This document shows, in pieces, positions 57,139 through 64,000 of a DNA stretch of 64,000 bases (the first letter of the stretch is position 1; every line of letters starts with the position of its first letter). The DNA lies in assembly GCA_963662485.1 (NCBI GenBank), contig OY759581.1, forward strand, positions 1,488,001-1,552,000. Reading direction: 5' to 3'. This DNA is from Dehalococcoidia bacterium. Lineage in GTDB: Bacteria > Chloroflexota > Dehalococcoidia > Lucifugimonadales > Lucifugimonadaceae. The notes beneath the pieces are model-generated. The model did not search any database, had not been told where the DNA came from, and saw only the letters and a list, made by a program, of their open reading frames with translations. Both the position numbers and the translations under genes were made by a program.

Positions 57139-59904
57139 ATGTCTGCCAAATGGCGCAACTACCAAGGCACCGAACCGCAACACTACCAAGCCCATTTCAA
57201 CGAAATCTGCGACCTAGTCGGACACCCGAAACCGGCCGACGACCTGTCGGATACGGATTTCGATTTCCAAAAATCGGCACCGACTCCCGATAACCGGTTA
57301 GGGAAGGCTGACGTCTTTCTCCGGGACCACTTCGTGATGGAGTACAAAAAGCCGGGCAAAAGTTTGGAAGATGCCTATTTCCAAGCACTCAGATACCGCG
57401 ACAGCCTCGGCAACCCGAACCTGATTATCGTCAGTGATTTCGAAACCATCCAGATACGCACCAACTTCCCGCGTACCGTCTCCGATGTTTACACGATCAC
57501 GCTCGATGACCTCCTCTACATTGAGAGGAACGCGACGCGCAGAAGCGCGCTCGGTATCGTCAGCGAGTCGCCGCTATCCGTTTATCAGGTACTCCGTTAC
57601 TGTTTTTTCCAACCCGGTAATCTCAAACCATCGGTCACGCCTGAGCAGCTCACCAACAAGGCCGCCGATGTATTCAAAGAGATTTCAGACGAGCTTCAGA
57701 CATGGAATCCCGGCAAAGACGCCGAGACTGCCCGTTTCCTCTCCCAGATCCTCTTCTGCATGTTCGCCAGCGATGTAGGGCTACTCAAGAAACAACTCAT
57801 AACCGAGTTCACTCAAGAACTGGGTGATTCCCCTGCGATAGTATTCCCCGAACGTCTGAGACGATTGTTCGATGCCATGAGCGATGGCGATCAGGTAGCA
57901 TCGCCTCCGATCAAACGGTTCAATGGTGGACTCTTCGACGGCACGCCGCACAATCTCCGCATCGGAGCTTCGATCATGCCGTCCATACGTGAAGCTGACG
58001 CCCTAGACTGGTCGCAGATCGAACCGGCGATCTTTGGTACCCTGTTCGAACGCATTTACAACCCTGAAAAACGAGCGCAGCAAGGTAGACATTACACGTC
58101 GCGTAGCGACATCGAGACGCTGGTCGAACCAGTTGTGATGACACCTTTGCGCCGGGATTGGGCCAGCGTAAAATCGACGATAGACGTGGGAAACGTCGAC
58201 GAAACACTTTCCAAGCTACAAGCTTTTCTAGATCGTTTGGGAGAGATACAGATCCTTGACCCGGCGTGCGGATCCGGGAACTTTCTGTACGTGGCTCTAA
58301 ACCTCATGCACGCTCTCGAAAGGGAAGTGATCAGATGGGCGATGCGACTAGAAATCCATGGTCTCGAACCCCAAGTCCATCCGCGCCAACTGCTCGGAAT
58401 TGAGATCGACGAATACGCCCATCAACTCGCGAGCGTCGTCGTCTGGATCGGACACTTGCAGAACGGCGTACGGGTAGGCAACGTCGCGGAACGCGACCCG
58501 ATATTAGATCCGCTGGAAAACATCGAATGTCGGGACGCAATCGTAGACGACTCCGGCCCCGAACCCAAACTCGCCGAATGGCCAGGTGCAGAATTCATTG
58601 TCAGCAATCCCCCGTTTCTCGGCAATCATCTGATGCGTCCTCAACTTGGCGAAGCCTATGTAGATCAGCTTTACAAGGTTTGGGGCGACGAGGTTTCGAA
58701 TAAAGGCGATTTATGCACTTTCTGGTTCGCTAAGGCCAGGGATCAGATTCGAACAGGCAAAACAAACCGCGCTGGTTTGCTTGCAACCCAAGGCATTAGA
58801 GGTGTAGGTTCGCGACTCGTATTGGACAGGATCAAAGATTCTGGAGATATCTTCTTTGCTGAGTCCGACCGCGACTGGTTGTTGGATGGAGCAGCAGTGC
58901 ACATCTCGATGATTGGCTTCGACGATGGCAGTGAGGAACACAAAATCCTTGATGGGTCTGAGGTCAAACAGATCCACGCCAACTTGACGTCCAGACTCGC
59001 AGACCTAACTAAAGCGCGCGCCTTGAAGGAAAACCTTGGAATCGCCTTCAAAGGGACGGAACGCCGGGGACCATTCGACATCCCAGAAGAACTTGCGTCT
59101 TCGATGATCGAAGCGGCTAACCCCGACGGCAACCCAAACAGCGATGTCGTCAAGCCTTTCCTGATTGCTCGGGACGTGACCGATATCTCTCGGAATCAAT
59201 GGATCATAGATTTCGGCGTAGACATGAGCGAGGAGCTGGCGAAAACTTACGAGTTGCCGTTCGAACATGTGGAAAATTACGTTAAGCCCTATAGGGCCGA
59301 ACGACCGAATTTGGCAACTCCATGGTGGTTGTTCACGAGTTCGGGCTCTGGATTGAGAGACGCCATACAACCCTTGGAACGATACATCGCGACGCCGCGC
59401 CACGCCAAACATCGCGTCTTTGTGTGGGTCGACGCCAAGACTGTGCCTGATGGTGCGCTCGTAGTCTTTGCGCGTGACGATGACTACTTTATCGGCATCT
59501 TGCATTCTCGTGTCCACGAAGTGTGGTCACTCGCTATGGGCACCCAAGTTCGTGATCGCGAAAGCGGTTTCAGATACACGCACACCACATGCTTCGAGAC
59601 ATTCCCAATGCCAGAACCGACCGATGAGCAACGAGATGCCATCGCGGGCATCGCGAAAACGAATATGTGGCACCGCGAAAACTCACTGTCCGGTCCCTAC
59701 GCGTTGGACAAGAACATGAAAAAGCAGAAAAACACTCTCACTAACCTCTACAACCGAAACCCGGCATGGTTGAGAGCCGACCACGAAAACCTGGACCGCG
59801 CCGTGTTTGATGCTTACGGTTGGACGGAAGAACCGGCGGATGTGACTGACGACACGATTTTGGAGCGGTTGTTGGAGCTCAACTTGAGCCGCGAGGCGGC
59901 TTAA
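57139..59904 (+). CDS. MmeI-family type IIL restriction-modification enzyme (fused nuclease and N6-adenine methyltransferase)
   Basis: ATG at 57139. The N-terminus carries KADVFLRDHFVMEYKKPGKSL (D...ExK). The methyltransferase blocks are HYTSRSDIETLV, ILDPACGSGNFLYVA, GIEIDEYAHQLASVVVWIG and FIVSNPPFLG. Confidence 0.85.
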   Translation: MSAKWRNYQGTEPQHYQAHFNEICDLVGHPKPADDLSDTDFDFQKSAPTPDNRLGKADVFLRDHFVMEYKKPGKSLEDAYFQALRYRDSLGNPNLIIVSDFETIQIRTNFPRTVSDVYTITLDDLLYIERNATRRSALGIVSESPLSVYQVLRYCFFQPGNLKPSVTPEQLTNKAADVFKEISDELQTWNPGKDAETARFLSQILFCMFASDVGLLKKQLITEFTQELGDSPAIVFPERLRRLFDAMSDGDQVASPPIKRFNGGLFDGTPHNLRIGASIMPSIREADALDWSQIEPAIFGTLFERIYNPEKRAQQGRHYTSRSDIETLVEPVVMTPLRRDWASVKSTIDVGNVDETLSKLQAFLDRLGEIQILDPACGSGNFLYVALNLMHALEREVIRWAMRLEIHGLEPQVHPRQLLGIEIDEYAHQLASVVVWIGHLQNGVRVGNVAERDPILDPLENIECRDAIVDDSGPEPKLAEWPGAEFIVSNPPFLGNHLMRPQLGEAYVDQLYKVWGDEVSNKGDLCTFWFAKARDQIRTGKTNRAGLLATQGIRGVGSRLVLDRIKDSGDIFFAESDRDWLLDGAAVHISMIGFDDGSEEHKILDGSEVKQIHANLTSRLADLTKARALKENLGIAFKGTERRGPFDIPEELASSMIEAANPDGNPNSDVVKPFLIARDVTDISRNQWIIDFGVDMSEELAKTYELPFEHVENYVKPYRAERPNLATPWWLFTSSGSGLRDAIQPLERYIATPRHAKHRVFVWVDAKTVPDGALVVFARDDDYFIGILHSRVHEVWSLAMGTQVRDRESGFRYTHTTCFETFPMPEPTDEQRDAIAGIAKTNMWHRENSLSGPYALDKNMKKQKNTLTNLYNRNPAWLRADHENLDRAVFDAYGWTEEPADVTDDTILERLLELNLSREAA

Positions 59905-59966
59905 GCGTAAGCATTTCTGCGCTGTTTCGCCGATGTCTGGTGGTCGAGACTAGCCATGACCGCCCT

Positions 59967-60854
59967 TTAATCGCCCGGCGGTGGAACTACCACCTGCTCG
60001 TATGGGTGGCGGGCCCCGACCATGTTGGAGTGTTGGAACACGTCTAGGGCGGATTCGTAGAGGTCGCGGGGGATGGTGATGTCGCCGTTCCAGTTGCCGA
60101 GTTTTTGGTAGTACGCGATGGCGGCAGCGGTGGATTCGACCGCCATGTCGGGGAAGAAAGGCGCTTCTGCCTCGGCTACGTCCATCGGATCGGCGGTGTT
60201 GACCCATTCACGAGACGCTCGGTACGCCCTAGTGACCGCTTTCGCCTCGTCGGATTCTAGGCAGTCCCACCTCGCGACTAGGCTGCTGAATGCTGTCGGC
60301 CCCACGATCTTACCGATGGAAGCGACGATGCTACCGATGCCCTCATGCTCCAACTGCTGTGGGAATGCGCCTTGCTCGTGGAAATAGTCGCCCTCGCCGT
60401 TGCGCCACTGCTCCATCATCACATCGCCGCCGGGCGATTCGATGCCGTCGATGTCGGACAGGTCGATACCGACTCGGTGCAACCCGTATCGCAGCATCGC
60501 CTCGGGCTGTCCGCCGTGCACGTAAAGGAACTTGGCGTCCAACAGCTTTTCCCAGCGAAAGTCAGCGTCTGGCTCTCGTGCCGCGACGATAAATCCGTCG
60601 TGTGCGTTGATCTGAGCGAAGTGTGCCACTGGCGGTTTCTCGCCCGCGTCCAGCGCGCCCCAACTACCGGACACTGCCGATTGACCGATGTCGGCGCGTC
60701 CTTCCGCCACCTCGATCACCGAGTTCTGATCCGGCGTCGCCGGCGCGTAAGACGCCGTCAATCCCTCCTTTTCGAGGAATCCGCCCGCGATCAACGAAAT
60801 CAAAGGGCTGTAAAACGCCGAGTGGCGAGAGGCGATCAGTCTAATGTCGGGCAT
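59967..60854 (-). CDS. NMT1/THI5-like (NitT/TauT-type) periplasmic-binding-fold protein without a signal peptide
   Basis: 295-aa ORF that starts directly with MPDIRLIASRHSAFYSPLISLIAGGFLEKEG and has no hydrophobic leader or lipobox. Confidence 0.55.
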   Translation of the reverse strand: MPDIRLIASRHSAFYSPLISLIAGGFLEKEGLTASYAPATPDQNSVIEVAEGRADIGQSAVSGSWGALDAGEKPPVAHFAQINAHDGFIVAAREPDADFRWEKLLDAKFLYVHGGQPEAMLRYGLHRVGIDLSDIDGIESPGGDVMMEQWRNGEGDYFHEQGAFPQQLEHEGIGSIVASIGKIVGPTAFSSLVARWDCLESDEAKAVTRAYRASREWVNTADPMDVAEAEAPFFPDMAVESTAAAIAYYQKLGNWNGDITIPRDLYESALDVFQHSNMVGARHPYEQVVVPPPGD

Positions 60855-60987
60855 CTAGCGTGTCTCCAAGTGCGAAACAATTACGGTTACTGCATCGTGA
60901 TTCTATCGGTTTCGTGGGGCGGGTTTCGTCGGGGTGCTTCTGACGCTCTGATATAAACGACCGCAAAACCCTCGCGATTCTGGCTAT

Positions 60988-61181
60988 GTCGTTCCGAACG
61001 AAGTAAAGCGGGCCCTGTCATTCTGAACGGAGCGATACTTGCCATGTCATTCTGAACGGAGCGAAGCGGGCCGTGTCATTCTGAACGGAGCGAAACGGAG
61101 TGAAGAATCTCTCGCTGCAAAGTGGGCTCCTTGATGAGATTCCTCGCTGCGCTCGGAATGACAGGTTGCGCTCGGAATGAC
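60988..61181. repeat. convergent arrays of GTCATTC hairpin elements (four forward units of about 29 bp, two reverse units)
   Basis: Forward units start at 60988, 61017, 61046 and 61075; the last closes with AGAATC at 61109. Reverse copies lie at 61138-61162 (GATTCCTCGCTGCGCTCGGAATGAC) and 61168-61181. Confidence 0.9.
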
Positions 61182-61313
61182 AGCGGTTCTCGCGGCGCGT
61201 CTAGTCTCGCCCGCGTTCCCGGACCGTTTTTTGGCAATGGGTGACTAACGCATAATTGAAGTTGACGCGGTCAAACTTGCCGCCGTGTCTCATTCACCCC
61301 AACGGTCTGGCGA

Positions 61314-62306
61314 GTGCGCCAAGTTTCCGATACCCAATTGACTGATTCCGCTACAGACTCGCTTGCCGCGCCCGGCACTGTGCTTGTGACGGGCGGCGCG
61401 GGATTCATCGGCAGTCATCTCGTCGATGCGTTGGTGGCGCAAAAAAACCGCGTTTTCGTGATCGACAATCTCGAAACGGCGTCGACTGAATACCTCAACG
61501 ACGCGGCAGAGTTCATCGAGACGGATATTTGCGATGCGGGATTGGCGGCCGTAATCGAAAAGATCAATCCGTCGGCAGTCTACCACTTGGCGGCACAGGG
61601 CAGCGTCGCCGTGTCGGCGAAAGATCCAAGTTTTGACGTGCAAGTTAACGTCAACGGATCGATTAACCTGCTCGAAGCGGTGCGCGGTCTGAACACATCA
61701 CCACGCTTCATCTATTTCTCGACCGGCGGAGCGATCTACGGCGATGTCGCAATCGATTCGTTGCCGGCGAGCGAAAACATGATCGCTGAACCGCTCTCCC
61801 CTTACGGCGCGTCGAAACTCGCAGTCGAGAACTACCTCCGCGTCTACGGACACCTCTACGGCGTCGATTACGGCATCGTGCGACCGGCGAATGTCTACGG
61901 GCCGCGCCAAAACCCGCACGGCGAGGCTGGCGTGATCGCCATTTTTTCGCAAGCGATGCTTGAAGGCCGCGAAGTAACGATTTTCGGCGACGGTGAAGAC
62001 GAACGGGACTACATCTACATCTCGGATTTCATCGACGGCGTGATGGCAATCGCGAGGTCGGGTCTTGCCGGGCCGTACAACATCGGCATGGGTATCGGCG
62101 TCTCGGTCAACGAGATTTACGCGCATCTGGCAAAGCTTGTCCCTACCGACGCGCCGGCGAAATACGGACCCCCGCGTGCTGGCGATATCCGTAAGATTTG
62201 GCTCGATGTTGATGCCGCGCGTCGCGATCTCGATTGGCGCGCAACGACATCGTTTGAGCAAGGTCTCCGTCTGACGGTGGATTGGTTCAGGCAGGCGGCA
62301 AATTGA
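61314..62306 (+). CDS. NAD-dependent epimerase/dehydratase (UDP-glucose 4-epimerase-like)
   Basis: Carries [20 protein letters not shown] and [10 protein letters not shown]. The start is uncertain: GTG at 61314 or GTG at 61380. Confidence 0.9.
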   Translation: MRQVSDTQLTDSATDSLAAPGTVLVTGGAGFIGSHLVDALVAQKNRVFVIDNLETASTEYLNDAAEFIETDICDAGLAAVIEKINPSAVYHLAAQGSVAVSAKDPSFDVQVNVNGSINLLEAVRGLNTSPRFIYFSTGGAIYGDVAIDSLPASENMIAEPLSPYGASKLAVENYLRVYGHLYGVDYGIVRPANVYGPRQNPHGEAGVIAIFSQAMLEGREVTIFGDGEDERDYIYISDFIDGVMAIARSGLAGPYNIGMGIGVSVNEIYAHLAKLVPTDAPAKYGPPRAGDIRKIWLDVDAARRDLDWRATTSFEQGLRLTVDWFRQAAN

Positions 62307-64000
62307 TACCGAGCTCCGCACCGCATGTCGCAGTCGCAATCGCCGCGTCCGCACTGCTATCGTTCGTTTTCGCGTGTGCCTCCGATGAGCCAACACCGAC
62401 GCCGACGAACACGCCGACGGCAACGGCGACGGCAACCGCTACTTCGACACCGACGTTTACGCCGATCCCAACGGATACGCCGGTCCCGACCGCGACTCCG
62501 ACACGTACGCCGTCTCCAGAACCGTCACCAACACGCACCGCAACTGTTACCGCGAGTCCGACACCGACGGTAGCATCTCCGACGGCAACCGCGATTCCAC
62601 CAACATCGACGCCCATCCCCACACCTGAACCGCCAACGCCACCACCTTTGCCGACGCCGATACCGATACCGCCGACGGGCACACCGCAGCCAACATCAAC
62701 TCCGATCCCACCAACCGCGACGCCAACCGCACAGCCCGTCGTGATTGCATCACCGACCGAGTCGCCAGAGGTGCCGTCAGCGCCGTTGCCAGTTCAAGGC
62801 TCACGCGGCGGAACGTTGAAGGCCGCGGTACCGCAACCTGCTCCGCATCAGGACATCCACCGATCGGTCTCGCCAATTCTCGCCGGATGGGGTCCTGGAT
62901 TGGCGTATTCGAGACTGTTCCGGTATCGGTGGATTCAACCTGACGAACCGCATTACGGGATTTCCGATCTTGCGGTCCGGTATGACCCACGGTCTTCTAC
63001 CTCGGCGCACGAGATCATCTGCGACCTCTGCGAGAGTTGGGAAATGGATTCCGATGGCACATTGACGGTAAAGCTACGGTCAGGAGTGTCATGGCATGCA
63101 TCGGAATTGATGAATGATCGGACCCTTGACTCGTCGGACGTCGTGTTCAGCATCGACCGTCTCCGCGATCCGAAAATCCCGAACTCGCATCTCGCCAACA
63201 CGATCGCCGATGCAACCGCGCTTAGTTCGGACACTGTGCGGATCGATTTGACGATCCCGGATGCGGAGATATTCGACAAACTCGCCGACGCCCGTTTCGC
63301 CATCGTCCGGCATGAAGCGGTTTCAGTAGACGGCGACCTGTTGCAAGGGCCGACGATAGGGACGGGTCCTTGGATGTTGGAATCTTTCGACCGAGGGCGA
63401 TCGCGGCTGAACGCGAACCCCGATTACTTCATACCAGAGCTGCCTCTATTGGACGGCTTGGATATCGCGGTCATCGAAGACCCGCAGGTGCGCGTTACGG
63501 CATTGCGGACACGGAAACTCGACATGATCCAACCGTCGGTAGACGACATGACTGAGGCTTTGGGGCGATTCGACACGCTGCGCTGGAGTCGCAGTCACGA
63601 CGCATCGGCCGGCATCGAGGTAGCGTTCAACACCACGCGTGGCGTCTTGGCATCACACGAGTTACGCACCGCGATCATCAAGTCTTGGGACCCGAACGCG
63701 TTGATCGATTCGCTTCACCAAGGGCAGGCTTTCCTGAGCGCGGGATTGCCGATCAACGATCCGAGTTGGCTATTGCCGTCATCCGAAATCGACGCCTACT
63801 TCAACGACCGAGCAGGACTATTGGAGTTGCTAGACGAATTCTCACCGCCGCGCGGGACGATCCTCACGATACGAACCGGCGAATTCGGTGATGAATACAT
63901 CGAGACGGCGAGGTCGCTCGGCGTCGCCATACGTTCGCTCGGACTGCTCGCCACTATCGAACGAGTTTCGACTCGTGTATTCGGCGAGGACGTTTGGAGT
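62303..64000 (+). CDS. ABC transporter substrate-binding lipoprotein, family 5 (peptide/nickel-type), 3' end outside window
   Basis: The frame is open from the TTG at 62303, which overlaps the epimerase stop, to the window end (566 codons). It has a signal peptide and lipobox (LLSFVFAC) and then about 130 residues of T/P-rich linker. The SBP_bac_5-like body follows (TLKAAVPQ...[13 protein letters not shown]...LNANPDYF). It is absent from the ORF track because no stop lies in the window. Confidence 0.8.
   Translation, partial: MIPSSAPHVAVAIAASALLSFVFACASDEPTPTPTNTPTATATATATSTPTFTPIPTDTPVPTATPTRTPSPEPSPTRTATVTASPTPTVASPTATAIPPTSTPIPTPEPPTPPPLPTPIPIPPTGTPQPTSTPIPPTATPTAQPVVIASPTESPEVPSAPLPVQGSRGGTLKAAVPQPAPHQDIHRSVSPILAGWGPGLAYSRLFRYRWIQPDEPHYGISDLAVRYDPRSSTSAHEIICDLCESWEMDSDGTLTVKLRSGVSWHASELMNDRTLDSSDVVFSIDRLRDPKIPNSHLANTIADATALSSDTVRIDLTIPDAEIFDKLADARFAIVRHEAVSVDGDLLQGPTIGTGPWMLESFDRGRSRLNANPDYFIPELPLLDGLDIAVIEDPQVRVTALRTRKLDMIQPSVDDMTEALGRFDTLRWSRSHDASAGIEVAFNTTRGVLASHELRTAIIKSWDPNALIDSLHQGQAFLSAGLPINDPSWLLPSSEIDAYFNDRAGLLELLDEFSPPRGTILTIRTGEFGDEYIETARSLGVAIRSLGLLATIERVSTRVFGEDVWS

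Noticed and set aside
62287-62682. 131-aa Gly/Val-rich ORF on the minus strand; similarly 18803-18994 on the minus strand.
   Set aside because: It is antisense to the Thr/Pro-rich linker codons (ACN/CCN read as NGT/NGG) of the plus-strand lipoprotein genes. This is a compositional artefact.
1-64000. Search for tRNA, rRNA, tmRNA, RNase P, integrase, transposase and prophage genes.
   Set aside because: I found no T-arm (GGTTCGAATCC-like) sequences, no rRNA-like stretches and no recombinase motifs by eye. Absence cannot be proven without tRNAscan-SE or Infernal.

Overview
The window is a densely coded, GC-rich chromosomal segment, about 52-63% GC in the few 60-nt lines I counted by hand. I found no rRNA, tRNA, CRISPR array, cas gene, integrase or transposase by eye. 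Most of it is metabolic housekeeping and catabolism: sulfatase-family enzymes, an LLM/FMN monooxygenase, two SMP-30 lactonases, an amidohydrolase-2, Ldh2 and OCD family genes, thiD, PDH E1alpha/E1beta/E2, a long ThyX, folD, an acpS-nnr-coaBC cluster, MFS and ABC transporters, and an ECF sigma/anti-sigma pair. The many tandem paralogues and the Thr/Pro-rich lipoprotein linkers remind me of marine Chloroflexota (SAR202-like), but this is inference only.

Accessory or unusual content:
- Two solitary single-polypeptide restriction-modification enzymes: a 1352-aa type IIG enzyme at 8887-12945 and an MmeI-like type IIL enzyme at 57139-59904.
- Two tandemly duplicated PIN toxin modules, each with a 124-aa non-canonical partner (49698-51441).
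- Two tandem orphan AbrB-type antitoxin genes, each followed by a short PIN-like stub (39378-39989).
- A clear TPP riboswitch (about 15888-15970, minus strand) in front of a ThiXYZ-like ABC importer.
- An LprG/P55-like lipoprotein-MFS pair behind an ECF sigma/anti-sigma pair.
- A dispersed GTCATTCC hairpin repeat family at four intergenic loci, each with short head-to-tail arrays of half-elements.

I did not find a convincing new multi-gene system. The repeat family and the PIN-partner modules are the best candidates for something under-described. All start sites and family calls come from reading the sequence and from memory of motifs, not from searches.
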